This document shows, one piece after another, positions 41,531-57,632 of a DNA stretch of 64,000 bases. The notes beneath the pieces are model-generated. The model searched no databases and was not told the origin of the DNA. It saw only the letters and a program-made list of their open reading frames with translations. The first letter of the stretch is position 1; every line of letters starts with the position of its first letter. The DNA lies in NCBI RefSeq assembly GCF_009914755.1, contig NC_060941.1. One strand, 5' to 3'. Origin of the DNA: the human T2T-CHM13v2.0 reference genome, Homo sapiens. The translations under genes and the position numbers were made by a program.

Positions 41531-42937
41531 CAGGCAAAATAAACAAGACATTAGCACCCTTTCTGTTACTCATCATCATCATCATCATTATACTTTTCTG
41601 CATTTTCTAAAATTTCTACAATGAACTTCTGTTGAAAATTTTCAGTAATCTGATGACACTAAATGATGGTGATACTCTGTTTTTATTTTAGTTTTTTAAG
41701 TGTTTCTGTTTCACATTATAATATAAAATTTCAAGTATAGAAGTGACCTTTGACACAGATAATGGTAGGCCAAGTTGACAGTTTTATAGGACTTTTGACT
41801 ATATGTGCATGAAAGGTTAAGGGCCAAAGCCCACACCAGTCTTGAAATAGGCAGGCTTTTATCAACACCAAATATATTCAGAGGAATTTGAGATTAATCT
41901 TTTTATATGGATTCTTTTAAATCTCTTAAAAAACGGTAGTGTCTTTCAAAGGACAGTGTTATTTAAGGTGACAGCAAAATTAGCATATATTTAAAACTCA
42001 AAGAGAAAACAGTTTGATTACAGTTAGTGCATATTCATATTTGTGTATATTCTGCACCTGTAAAAATTTTTTTCATTTGGATTTTTTATCTGTATTGTAC
42101 ATTCTATAGCATAAGCACAAGCCATTGTAAACAAAGTGTTTTATTTAAAGTGAGTAGTTCCTTGAACTGTCTTTTCCCAACTCCTGTATAGTCATGGTCA
42201 TTTCCATTAAAATCAAAGGATGATATTTTTTTCATTTTCTTTCTTCCATTTAAAAAATTTCCGAGAACATTATAAAATGTTATCTTTATCCTAAATAATT
42301 AACCATGCTTCTTTGGTTTTGCTACAAACTATGTGCTTGTACATAAAATCTTCTGTATGATTTTGCATTGTCCTATGAGTACCAAGAGCCTTTTCCTCCT
42401 GTTTCATATCTTTTGTTATATTGTGTTTGTATTCTGCTTTATTGTAAATACAATAAGTATGAAACAGAATTTTTAACCTGAGTAAAATTGATGAGCTTTG
42501 GGGGGAGTCTTAGCCCTTTAAAATGATAAGTAAAAACTTGCTACATGTACATATGTACTTTTTCCAATCACAGGTTCTCAAAACAGTTGGTAACCTCCCT
42601 TGCACCAAATAAAAAGAAAGAAGAAATGCTATTGTAAAGGTTGAAATGGAAAAAAAAAAAAGCACCTGTTAATTATTAGAACAACAAGAACAAAAAGCTA
42701 GAAGTTGTATAGTGGATAGACTTGAGAGGAGAATGAAAAAGGAAATAATAGAACTATGGGATTGGCCTATCAGGATATGAAGTCTAAAGTAGAGATTAGG
42801 AGACAAATGAAACAGAAATAAGTTGTGTATTAGAAGTATGAGATACTGCCTTATTACTGGTTATGGAAATAAGCATAAGAACTAGAATATGAATATAAAT
42901 GGCTTTTCTTCCCCAAACTTTCCTATCCATGTAAGTT

Positions 42938-43225
42938 CTTTTTTTTTTCTCTCTCTCTCTTTAAATAGAGATGAGATCTCCCTATGTTGCCTAGGCATAC
43001 TGCAACCACCAACTCCTGGGCTCAAGCAACCTTCTGCCTCAGCCCCCTGAGTAGCTGGGACTACAGACTCATGCCACCACACCTGTTTAATTTTTATTTT
43101 TGTAGAGACAGGGTCTCACAATTTTGTGTAGGCTGGTTTTGAACTCCTGGCCTCAAGTGATTCTCCCACCTGGGCCTCCCTCAGCACTTTTGCTGAGATT
43201 ATAGGCGTGAGCCACCATGCCCACC
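42938..43225 (-). mobile_element. Degenerate Alu (AluJ-like)
   Basis: Reverse-complement dimer with (TC)n/T tail. Confidence 0.85.
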
Positions 43226-43299
43226 CTACTTTGAACATTTTTAGTTGTTTTCCTGATCTTTAGTTTTTCATTGTTTGTGATGTGAGTTTTAATCTTCTG

Positions 43300-43530
43300 T
43301 AGCTAATGAAATTTTAGGAAGGGGATCGGGGACAATTGTGTTCCTCTTTGGTGGGTCCAGTTTCTAGGCAGATAAGGGAACTTCAGAGAACAGCCTCATC
43401 CTATGCTTTGGGAGAGGCAGAAGATTGAGACAGGAAGTGGGAGGGGAGGCCAGAAAGCCCTTGAGGTTGCTTCTTTAGTTCAGCATGTCAAGAGACCATA
43501 TTTTGGGGTATGATTTTCTGTGCCCCAGCA
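43300..43530. mobile_element. ERVL LTR fragment (MER21/MER77-like)
   Basis: Ends ccatattttggggtatgattttctgtgccccagca. Confidence 0.55.
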
Positions 43531-43734
43531 TTTAGAAGGTTAATAATCTCATCACACTAACTTTTAGATAACTTTTCTAAGGTGTTTTACATCACAAAAT
43601 CTGAAGGCTTGGCCTCTGAATGTGGTGTTTAGATCTGTAATTTAGTTAGATATCCAAAGGGGCAATATTTTCATTAACTGTAAAACCATTTTAACTTCCA
43701 GCTTTTGAAGAAGTAAAATGTTCTGGTTTAGAGT

Positions 43735-43910
43735 AAAATGCCAGTGGTTTAGAGCCAGACTGCCTGTGTTCATATACCAGTTCTGCTACTTACTACTTGT
43801 GTGACTTTGGGCAAATTACTTAACCATGATTTGTTAATTTCCTAATTTCCCTCTGTAAAATGGGGATGATAATATTACCTATATCACAGGAAGGTTGTAA
43901 AGATACGACA
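43735..43910 (+). mobile_element. MIR
   Basis: agagccagactgcctg...tgtgactttgggcaaattacttaacc...tgtaaaatggggatgataata. Confidence 0.8.
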
Positions 43911-43965
43911 TATTAAAATATGTAAAATAAAAATATAAACATACATAAATACATAAAATATGTAA

Positions 43966-44181
<216 letters not shown>

Positions 44182-44359
44182 TAAGGATATTGTAGGTAAA
44201 GTTATATCTTTTTTTCAATGAATGCTTCACAAAAAGAATAAAATTTCATGTATACTGTAGTTATTGGGCATCTTTACATGCAGTCTATATATAAATACTA
44301 AGTTGTGTTGTGTGTATGCGTGTTTATTTTTAATGGGGTCAGTTTTTCATAGTGGTGTC

Positions 44360-44580
44360 TAGTTCAGGCTTGGGAACAGAGAAGCTTGAGTTCAGTTCTG
44401 GCTGTGCTACTTTATTAGCTGGTGACTTTTATTTAATATCTCTAATCTACTCTGGTTCCTTGTCTATAAAATGAAGATAGTAATATCACTCACTCCATAA
44501 GGTGTTTGTGATAGTTAAATAAGCTAGTACCTATAATTTACTTAGCACAATGCCTGGAACATCAGTTATTGCTAACAACA
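44360..44580 (+). mobile_element. MIR
   Basis: tctataaaatgaagatagtaata...cttagcacaatgcctgg. Confidence 0.6.
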
Positions 44581-44919
44581 TATTTCTCACATGTATATAC
44601 TATTACACATTTATTTCTTGGAAAAAAATGTGTTTCTTAAGCAGAACATATGTTCCTGCAGCGCAGTGTTCAGGAAGAATTCTGTGGGAGCAAAGAAGGG
44701 ACAGAAAGGTACTCTTCACTTGGGTTTTGACACGCAAGAAGCTGGAATTCTGTATCTGATGTTTCCACTGCCATCCTTTACCTCTAAGTCACTTAAAATC
44801 CTCTTAGTCTTTTTGTTTTTTCTTATCTAGAATTTATAAATTATCACATTTAAATTTGTAAGACTTGCAGGAAGTGTTGGTTAAATTCTGTTTATTGAGT
44901 GTTCTTCAGAGTAGGTATT

Positions 44920-45485
44920 TGTATTAGTTATCTATTGTTGCATAACAAATTACCATAAAATGTAATAGCTTAAAACAGCATTTGTTATCTCATTTTCTAT
45001 GTGTCAGGAATCCAAATGCAGCATAGCAGGGTTCTGTGGCTCTCACAGGTTGCAATCAAGGTGACAGCTGAGGCTGTAGTCATCTTGAAGCTCAACTAGG
45101 GAAGGATCTTCTTTTGTGTTTATACACATAGTTATTAGAAGGATTCAGATCTTCATGGGCTGTTGAACTGAGGGCTTCTATTCCTCACTGGTTTTCACCC
45201 AAAGGCCACCCTCAGTTCCTTGCTATGTGGGCGTCTCCGTAGGGCAGCACACAACATGGCACCTTGTTTCATGAGAGCAAGCAAGCAAGAGGTAGAAAGG
45301 GTACCAGCAAGACAGTGACAGTTTTTATAACCTAATCATGGAAGTGACATTCTATCACTTTTTGCCATATTCTCTTCATTAGAAGCCAGCCAGTAGGTCC
45401 AACTCACACTCAAGACACTCAAGTGGAGGGAATTACAAAAGGTCATGATTACAGAAGGGACGGGGATTATTGGGACCCATTGAAG
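44920..45485 (-). mobile_element. MLT1-type LTR
   Basis: tgtattagttatctattgttgcataacaaattacc...gcttaaaaca. Confidence 0.75.
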
Positions 45486-45745
45486 AAGTTATGATCTTAG
45501 TTCTCTTGGTTTAAAATAAACTTAAGTGTCTAGTTTCTATTGGAAACATAAGTACTGTCAGGAAGTTTTCTGAAGAATGTTTTCACTGTCTTTTGAAAAT
45601 ATTTTTAGCTCTTATTTAAAAAGTTATCCGTATTATATAAAATATCAACTAAGCTAAAATAAGAAAATATACATAATCCATGACCCCACTAATCAGAAAG
45701 CCATTGTTAATATTTTGGAATATAGCCTAGCAATCTTTTTACATA

Positions 45746-46068
45746 CAGTTGGCCTTCCATATCCACAGGTTCTACAGCCATAGGTTCAACCAACCACAGA
45801 TTTAAAAAATTCACACACAAAAATAATAATACAAGAGTAAAAACTAATACAAACAATATGGTATAATAGCTATTTACATAGCATTTACATTGCATATGGT
45901 ATTGTAAGTAACCTAGAAATGATTTGAAATATACGGGAGGATATACGTAGGATATATGCAAATACTACGTCATTTTGTATACAAGGAGCTTGAGGATCCA
46001 CAGATTTTGGTATGGGATTGGGAGGGGGGTCCTGAAATCAGTCTGTTGCAGATACTGAGAAAAGGCTG
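45746..46068. mobile_element. Tigger3a-like TcMar DNA transposon fossil
   Basis: ta|cagttggccttccatatcc ... gatactgagaaaaggctg|ta; TA target sites. Confidence 0.8.
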
Positions 46069-46463
46069 TATTTTATTCATCTGCTCAAGCTGCCATAACA
46101 AAATACCATAGATTGGGTGGCTTAAACAACAAACTACTGTTCATATAGTTCTGGAGGCTAGAAGTTCAAGATCAAGGTTCTGGCTGATTCAGTTTTTGGT
46201 GAGGGCATTTTTCCTGGCTTGCAGATAACTGCCTTCTCACTGTGTCCTCACATGCTTTTCCTCTGTGCATGCATGTCAGGAGAGGGAGGGAGAATGAGAG
46301 CAGAGAGGTTTCTCTTCTTATAGGGACACTAATCCTATTTGGATCAGGGCTGCACACTTATAACCTCATTTAACATTAATTACTTTCTCCAAATACAGCC
46401 ACACTGGGAATTAGGGTTTCTACAAATAAATTTGGGGGAGACACAAACATTCAGTCCATAATA
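46069..46463 (-). mobile_element. MLT1A-like LTR
   Basis: gctgccataacaaaataccatagattgggtggcttaaacaac...gacacaaacattcagtccata. Confidence 0.8.
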
Positions 46464-46486
46464 CGTACTTTTAAAGTAAAGGCGAT

Positions 46487-46620
46487 AGACTGGGCACAGT
46501 GGCTCATGCCTGTAATCCCATTGCTTTGGGAAGCTGAGGTAGGAGCATTGCTTGAGGCCAGGAGTTCAAGGCTAGTCTTGGCAACATAGTGAGACCCCAT
46601 CGCTACACAAAATTAAAAAA
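46487..46620 (+). mobile_element. Alu left monomer (FLAM)
   Basis: Single left arm with A-rich end. Confidence 0.85.
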
Positions 46621-47391
46621 TAGTTTAAAAAACTTAAGGTGATATTGTATATATCATGTTTTGAAATTGACTTTTTAAAATTACGTTGTATGTGTTTTTA
46701 CCTTAACAACTATTCCATCATTTTTTCTCCTGGTAGGGCATTTCATTATATAAATGTAACATAATTTTTAAAAAACAATATACTGTTGCTGAACATTTAA
46801 ATTGTTTTAATTTCTTGTTGTTATAAAGGTGCTTCAGTGAACATACTAATTGCTGAATGATTGTTCATATCTACCGTTATTTCCTTAGAATGAATTCCTT
46901 GAAATGGAATTGATAGAAATCCAGGATTATTCAAAATCTTAAATCTTTATATTACTAGATTTCCCTCTGGTACATTTCTTCCAGAAATGTATCAAAATAT
47001 TTTCCTCAGAACTTTCACCAATACTACATATTTTTGATGAGTATTGCTTTTGGCTTTTTTAAAATTTGTGTGTGTTTGTCTCTTCACATGTCCTTCAGAA
47101 GCCTTTTGTATCACTTTAACCCCCCATGGTCATCCTCAAATATTTTTGGCTTTTATAGTCTGTCTTATATAGAAAAGCATTGTGTATTTGATTTTGTTCA
47201 CATGTTAACTGTGTCTCCTTACCCAGATGTATTATGACTGAAAAGGATGTAGAGGAGTGGTAAGGCTTGCCAAACGAAAAAGGATGGATAGGCTTGCTCG
47301 CTACCTGAAAGTGCAGTTGAAGCCTCATCCTTTAATGAGTTTTCTCAAAACCCAAAAGTTTTCTTCATAACCATTGTGAAATAAAATGTAT

Positions 47392-47656
<265 letters not shown>

Positions 47657-47659
47657 TCA

Positions 47660-48180
47660 CTTTCTTCCCTCTGCATTGCTAAATCTAATGCTTGTTTCCA
47701 GTTCTCATTTTATTTAACTTACCTGCAACACTTAACACAGTTACTGACTCCCTCTTCCCCAAAGCACTTATTCTGTGACTCCAAGTTATCACCTTATTCT
47801 TGTTTTCTTCCTAATTCTCGGGCATCATTTTCATAGTGTATTTTGCTACTTCCTTTTCTTCTCCCACTTCTAAAAGTTGGAATACTCTAAGACCTGGACC
47901 ATAGATATCTTCTCTGTGCTCACTTTGTTGGTATTCTCATTCAGGCCCACATCTTTTAAGGACATGTATATATTGATGACTCTGCTGTCATCACCAGATT
48001 TACTTTGATGACCTCTAAGACCCTGCTCAAGTGTACATCCACCGATTAGTAGTAGGTGCTCATGCTGTCCCAGTTGTTAAATATTTTTAATACTAGCCCT
48101 ACCCTGTTCCCTTGCCTTTTTTAAGATCTTTGCTAAAATGTCACCTTTTCATTGAGACTTTGCATTGACACTATTAAAAT
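47660..48180 (+). mobile_element. L2 fragments
   Basis: cattgctaaatctaatg...tgatgactct...ctaaaatgtcacctt. Confidence 0.55.
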
Positions 48181-48252
48181 TGCAACCTGCAGGTTACTGA
48201 CAATCTTGACAAGCCACTTTGGTAGAATCTTGATGGCAGAAATTTGATTGCA

Positions 48253-48551
<299 letters not shown>

Positions 48552-48569
48552 CTGAGGGTTTAAAAGTGA

Positions 48570-49700
48570 GTGGGAAAGAGAAATTGTAATCAATGAGTAT
48601 AAACTGCTCTTTCAAAGAATTCTGTGATGAAAGGGAACAGAGCAGTAGGGAAGTAGCTGTAGGAGACTATGAGACAAGCAAGGATTTTCTAAACTAGAAT
48701 AAATTTCAGTTTATTTTAAATAAACTAGAATGCTGTGCTCTGGTAGAGAGAGGAAATTGATGATGCAGAAGAAAGATAGGAAATGCTGAAATAACACACT
48801 TGAGTAGATGACAAATGAGATAAAAAGCAAAAATGAAGGGGTTGACTATGGAAAGGAGTGAACTAACTAGAAAAAAGGTTATCTTATGGGAACAGATGCA
48901 GCAGGTAAGTAGGTAGATATGGTGACGTGAGCTGGTAGAAAGCCTCTTCTGATTGTTTTTATTTTCTAAATTAAATGGAGAGTGATGTAACCAGCTGAAA
49001 GTGAGGATGAGGAAAGAAATATTGAGATTTGAAGAAAGAGAAGAAGCCATGGAATGTGTTCCGAGAGTGAATGGATTAGGGAAATGTAGTAGGATTGCTG
49101 GGCAGTACTAATGTCCCACTTAACGTTAGTGGTCATTAATTTAACGAGGGACTTGTTAGCAGACACGTTTAACTGTACTGGAACTGTATACTGGAGTTAC
49201 ACATTAGGTGAAGAATTGGACCTTAACCAGGGTTGGGGTTTGGCCAGATTGGAATGAGAAGATTAAAGAGGATCAAGGGAGTTGAGGGTATTTGCAAAGG
49301 AGTGATTATGGTGATGACTGTGAAATCTAAGCCAAGCAGGAGAGGAAATGAGAACATGAGGGGTGAAGGACAGTGAACTTTTGTAGATTCAGTGGGTTTT
49401 AGGTACCAATAGGCTCAAAGAAATGAGCTAGAAATATCAAGTGGTTGTCAGAGGCATTTAAGATTAAGGTTATGGACAGTTTGTAGTCATTAGTAATGAC
49501 AGTGTTAAGAATATAACTATGGGAGTGGGTGACTGAAAGAGGATTGGGGAATGAGATCACCGGAGGGGAGGAAGTCAACAAACTGAGGCCAGAAGATCAT
49601 CTGTGTGAATAGAAAAATTGTTATTGTAATACTGTTGGAGAGTATGAGAGTAAACCAATAGCTATAATCTTCAAAGAATGAGTGGTCTGACCTGAAGTCT
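48570..49700 (-). mobile_element. L2 body fragment
   Basis: Purine-rich decayed sequence typical of antisense L2. Confidence 0.5.
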
Positions 49701-50360
49701 AGGGAAACTACAAGAAGGAAGGACAGTTATTGGTACAATTTGATGATGTAGGATTTTAAGCTGGAGTGTTACGGAAGAAAGTAACTTACTATATACTATT
49801 ATACATCTCTAATCTTTACCACTACCTTTTATTCTGATATTTTCCTTCTTTGAAAGGAAATATTTAATATTTGTTTAATATTTAATATTTGTTGACGACT
49901 ATAGTAGTAGGCATTGGTCTGAACACAAGGGATGCAGTGATGAAAATGCTGAATAGAATCCTGTATTCATAGACCTTGTAGTTTAGCGTAGCTCATTTAG
50001 CACAAACCAAATCTCAGTTCCCTGGATCCTAGTTTAGGAAATCCTATTCTAAGGATATCTGTCTTAAATCAGTAAATATAGTCCAAGATAGTAACTGGGT
50101 ATAGTAATTTTCTATAATGTATGTAATACATGTTTGTTTTTTGGCATAAATACATTTGGCTGTTTAAAGACTGGCTACATATTGATGAGAGGAATAATGT
50201 TATACTTTGAAAATTTTTTAAATAGTAGTAGTAGGGAAAGATACAGTACAAATGGGTGCTAAGTTACTTTTGTTCTTGAACATTCCTTTCTGTGTTGATC
50301 AAGAAAAACAAATCACTACTGGGAGATAAATTAGCAAATCTTAGCTGCAGCATCAGCAGC

Positions 50361-50569
<209 letters not shown>

Positions 50570-50718
50570 TAAACCCAGACCTCATGAAAGTGGCATGAAG
50601 TATATTACATATTTTTAGTCCATATACTTTTATATAAAAGCCAAAACACATCACAGTAAATATAAAGGAAACTGAAGCTATAACTGCAGTAATTATAAGT
50701 TTTAAATGAAGCAGTGAA

Positions 50719-51217
<499 letters not shown>

Positions 51218-51229
51218 GAATGCACTGTC

Positions 51230-51524
<295 letters not shown>

Positions 51525-52541
51525 ATGCACTTGACAAAGTTCCAGTTTATGCCCAAAAAGCTTTCAAATTGGAGATACCTGGTTTAGTGTGTCTTCTCTG
51601 TATTTCGGCGTATTTGATATGTGCCATTCCATTGCCTGGAAGCATGAATTGTTCATCCTTGTCTTCCAACAGAAAAGTTCCATAGTGCTACTGATACTCT
51701 AGCCTTTTCATTTTAAAAGCTCCCTGCTGCCCTTCTTATAACGGTCTGTAGGTCTTTCCCATTACCCAGTCTGTACTGCTACACTGCAGTGGATTACTTC
51801 TTCCTAGAATGGTGCTTTTCTTTTAAGCCTAGGTAATTACATCATATTATTTATTGTGCAACTTCTAGAAAACATCCCAGATTTGGAAACCAACAGAGAA
51901 TAAATTTGTCATTTAGATTAATGTGACTTTTGATGATATGATATTACTTTCCTTACTCTGATCAGTGTATCAATGCCTTTCTTTCCACATTTGAATGAAT
52001 TGTGCTATTGATGAGGAAATCCAGGCCAATAAGGGAATAATATGGAAATATAACACTGCAGAAGTAGTGGATCTTTACCATATTTTGTATGTCAAACATA
52101 TGTCTGTTGAAAGCAAACAATAGAAACCTCAGTTTAAAACCCAAAGGAACATTTCAGTAAGAAATATCAGTCTTAGAAATTTCAGTCAAGCACTGAAGGT
52201 TCTTGAGCTGGTCAAATATTGTATCCCATTTAAGCCAAATAGTCATCATCATACATTGATGTGCATGTAGTACCCCTTGTAGACTGGGGGCAGTTTTGTA
52301 TGCCAGGAAACACTAGTGCAAGAGTTGCTAAACAGTGAATACTTTCCACCTCTGTATATCCCATCTCTACAGTGATTCCAGTTTCCAATGGGAGAGAATC
52401 AGAAGAGTAGGAAGTTGTGATGGAAGATTGTAGTGTAAGCATTTGAAACCCTGTTCCCCTACCAAAGTGCCAAACTAATGAATTCTTTAATGCAAAAGGA
52501 AGAGTTTGTAATGTCATAAAAATTGTATTCCTAGATAGCAC

Positions 52542-52568
52542 AGAGAGAGAGAGAGAGAGAGATAGAGA
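52542..52568 (+). repeat. (GA)n microsatellite
   Basis: agagagagagagagagagagatagaga. Confidence 0.9.
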
Positions 52569-53349
52569 TTGTTTGGAGGACTTTTTTTCCATTTATCTGT
52601 GTATGTCTAAGTTATGTACGATTATTAAATACTAAGTAGACAAATTTACTTACTGTTTTTAGGAAGCATATAAAGGAACAAAGGCAAATAGTTAGAAAAT
52701 CACTTAATCGTAGAAGCATAGATTTCTATAAAACTTATATTCTTTATTAGCTTCTGCTAGGAGTCCTGAGCTCTGAAAGAAAGGTCAGAGAATTTAAGAT
52801 TCTAACTGCAAAAGAAAACCATTAAACTCACTGCCTTAGGTTTGAATGTGGAGCTCAGAACAGTAATGTTGAGAATATTAGAACTTGTCCCATTGGTTGA
52901 ATTTCTCATTAATGGAGAAGAACCCTGTAAGAAGTCAAAGCTGGCATCTTTAGGTATACCACTTCTACCCATAACAGTGTTAGATCTCCACAGCCCCATG
53001 CAGATGGCTACAAAAGCTTCTTTTCTCATCAGATACATATATATGGGGAAAATGTTCGAGTTGTAAGGGTTTGGTTGAAACATAGGGTTTATGTGTTCCT
53101 GTGGGGCTAAGAATGGTGCCCATAAGCACTACTGGTAGGTCTGCAGTTCAGTTAAGGGGATAGGAATAAGAAAGAGAAAAAAAGGAGACAGAAGCTTAGG
53201 TGAGTGGAGAGAATACAAGAAGGAAGGAAGGAAGGAGAGGGAAAAGAATTATGAATGGAGAAAGAAAGCATTCTGGTAGTGGGAATTCCAGTGCCATTCA
53301 TTGACGCTATGCCATAGATGTAATTCTTGTGCACACAGTAAAATTCAAG

Positions 53350-53550
53350 AACCATTGGTTAATGGTTAGAAACTAACTTTGATCTAAGTTTGAACTCTGT
53401 ACATTTGTATAAGCTACTTAACCTCCTCAGTCTCAGGTTCCTCATCTGTGAAATAGAGGTAATAATACCTACCTCATAGCATTGTCATGAGAATTAAATA
53501 TTACCTAAGTAAGTAAAGGGCTTAGCACATAGTAAATACTCAAAAATGAT
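53350..53550 (+). mobile_element. MIR
   Basis: acttaacctcctcagtctcaggttcctcatctgtgaaatag...acctacctcatag. Confidence 0.8.
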
Positions 53551-53969
53551 AATATAATGAAAAAATATAATTATATTGTATGTTCTACAAGTATAAAATT
53601 TCAGAAAATGTGGTTGGGTTGGTGGCATTTACATGACAATCTGTTCATTAATGGGTACACTACAGTGAATGTTGTTTTCTTTTGTTTTCTAACTTAGTTT
53701 ATTTCATTTTTAAACTGGCTTAATTTTTGCTTATCTTTAGTTCAGTGGTTCTTAATTTTTATGGTCACATGCCCTTTTAAAAAACTGATGAAATGTATTA
53801 ATTAACTCTATAGAAAACTACACTTACATACAAAATTTTGCCCACTGTCTGGGTTTCCAAAAAATAAATAAATAAAACATTTAGGTTTGTTTGCCCAGTG
53901 TAATAGTTTTATGTGAAAACTAGTCTGAACAAACCAAAATTAATAAGAATCAAAGATTTAGAGTGTTCA

Positions 53970-54154
53970 GGCCTGGCACAGTGGCTCACCCCTGTAATTC
54001 CAGCTGCTCAGGAGGCTGAGGCAGGAGAATCACTTGAGTCCAGGAGGCAGAGGTTGCAGTGAGCCGAGATCGCACCACTGCACTGCAGCCTGGGTGACAG
54101 AGTGAGACTCTGTCTCAAAAAAAAAAAAAAAAAAAAAAAGAAAAGGAAAGAAAA
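53970..54154 (+). mobile_element. Monomeric Alu (left/right arm fusion)
   Basis: Perfect 17-bp TSD aaagatttagagtgttc at 53952-53968 and 54155-54171. Confidence 0.9.
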
Positions 54155-54315
54155 AAAGATTTAGAGTGTTCTAACCAAGTTGCATTATTGCTAGCTCCCA
54201 TTCTATACCCTAAAGCTAGGCATCTAAATACTCCCCTCTGCAACTAGAGAAATTCCCTAAAAATTGATTCTTTAACTTATGCCCTAGGTGAGTTAATTTT
54301 TAAAAGGCAGTAGCT

Positions 54316-54450
54316 GGCCAGATACGATGGCTCGTGCCTGTAATCCCAACACTTTGGGAGGACGAAGTAGAAGGATTGTTTGTGGCCAGGAGTTTGAGAC
54401 CAGCTTAGGCAACATAGCAAGACTCTCATATCTTCAAAAAGAAAAATCAA
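54316..54450 (+). mobile_element. Alu left monomer (FLAM)
   Basis: TSD aaggcagtag at 54304-54313 and 54453-54462. Confidence 0.85.
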
Positions 54451-55774
54451 AGAAGGCAGTAGTTTCGGAGGAGAGGTAGAGGGGATGAGGAAGGGTAAGT
54501 AGAGAAACACATACTTTTCAAGAGATGAGGTCCTGTGATTTCATATAATTTTGTGTGGCTTCCCTAATTAGGCATTATTTTTCCCCAGTTGCATGTTAAT
54601 AATGACTCGTGCCATTGATAGCTTAATATGGATCTAGTTTTTCTACCTACCTGCAAGGGACCATTCTTCCTACCTTTCTGTTCTCTGGACCCTTCACAGT
54701 GAGAGATGTGAAACTATGAAAAACATCTCAGACCACCATCTTAACTTCCAACTTACATTTAATTTTAAAACAAATTATTCTAGAGAATGTATCCAAAAAC
54801 TGGTAAGCCAGCATATACTTAAAAATTAGAATGCCTTCAGGCTGTATTTATACTCTGCAATTCAACATATACTTTATCATGTCCTATAACCATTACCCCT
54901 AGCTATGTGAGATATGTTAAAACTGCTTGTGTCCTGAAGATATTTGAGTTTGTAACCTTTGCTATGGCTTAGTGGGATTCCTTACTTTTTTTTAGAAGGT
55001 GGCAAGGAAGGATTGGAGAGTGGGAGAATGAAAATATCCGTTACTCACTTACTGTTAAAACATACAGTTTCAAAGGATTTGCAGACTTCTCAAACAGCAT
55101 TTATCAGAGGGTCTCAGATCAAGAGTTCCTGATTTAGATCCTTTATTAGCTTAGACATGTATGCTACTGTTTGGAATATCATTTGTTCTCAGCTATTATG
55201 ATTTAGCTATACCCGGAGGATTCATTATACATGACTGAACAATTTAAATGTGAAGTTGCTTTGGAAAGGAAAGAAAGGAGAGTTTCCTCAACCAGTTACC
55301 TCTAGTGGTGTTGGAGAAATGGTCATCAAATGACTCCTGTTCCTGTAACTTTCTCTTTCCTTCCTCCATCTCCACCACTCATCCTCCCAAAGACACTAAC
55401 CCTTTTACACCTTATTTTTACAGTGTTAAGAATTATCTTGTGAGATTAGCTATAGTCCTCTAATGCTCACCTTTACTATTTCCATTGCCTATTACTTATG
55501 TTAGTTCTTTTGTATTTTCATGCCCCTAATTATTTGTATATGTTAGATTCAGTATTTGGAAATATTTGTAGAAATAAATGAAGCTAGGATGATGATTTTT
55601 TCTCTCTCTCTCCAGCTGATCAGTCATTTCTCCCTGGTTAACAGATGCTTCCCAGTGCTGAAGTGGCTCTCTCTAGGCAGTACCTCCATTCTAAATTCCA
55701 TCTTCTCCCTGATACTGTCTTGGTGATTCATCACCATCATGTCAGTTCTTTAATGCTTTAAGAATTTTTAAAAT

Positions 55775-56689
<915 letters not shown>

Positions 56690-57197
56690 ATTATTTTGTT
56701 CAGTTGTTATTAGTTATCCTCAGCTGGAAGGTCTTCAATTACTGAAAAGTCCCTGCCATTATTTCCTTTGGGGGAAAAATTCTAGCATTTGTATTTTTAA
56801 ATTGCACACACATACTAAAGTATGTAAAAGTATTTTTTTATTTTGTGCTCACAATGAAGCTAGACAGGAGTAGACTGTGCTCTAAAAGACTCTTAGAATG
56901 CCACCTATTTGGACACAGAATCCCCATTAAATTCTGGGGAATTCTATATATTCTGAAATCGAAATGGTATTATTAACCAGTTGATTACTTGTAATACAAA
57001 GAAGTTCCCTTTTCAAGGAGGCTTCTAGAGTTGGACTACAAGATCCATCTCTTTGAGCAAACTGTCTTATTTGGACTTGGTACTAAATCTCAAAGGAATT
57101 AGAATTTTGCATCAAAATTTTGACAAGTTTTGCCTATCATTGTTATGGTACTACGCATGATACTGAATTGCTCAAAAATTTGCCTTTCTGCTTCTGA

Positions 57198-57632
<435 letters not shown>

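Noticed and set aside
44643-44656. AGAACA-ta-TGTTCC steroid response element-like palindrome
   Set aside because: 2-nt spacer instead of the required 3
52230-53083. 120-aa and 93-aa minus-strand ORFs and an overlapping 74-aa plus-strand ORF
   Set aside because: No homology recognised; the first is extended by a (GA)n microsatellite
55295-55310. CTCF-like motif (minus strand CCACTAGAGGTAAC)
   Set aside because: Mismatches at two high-information positions of the core
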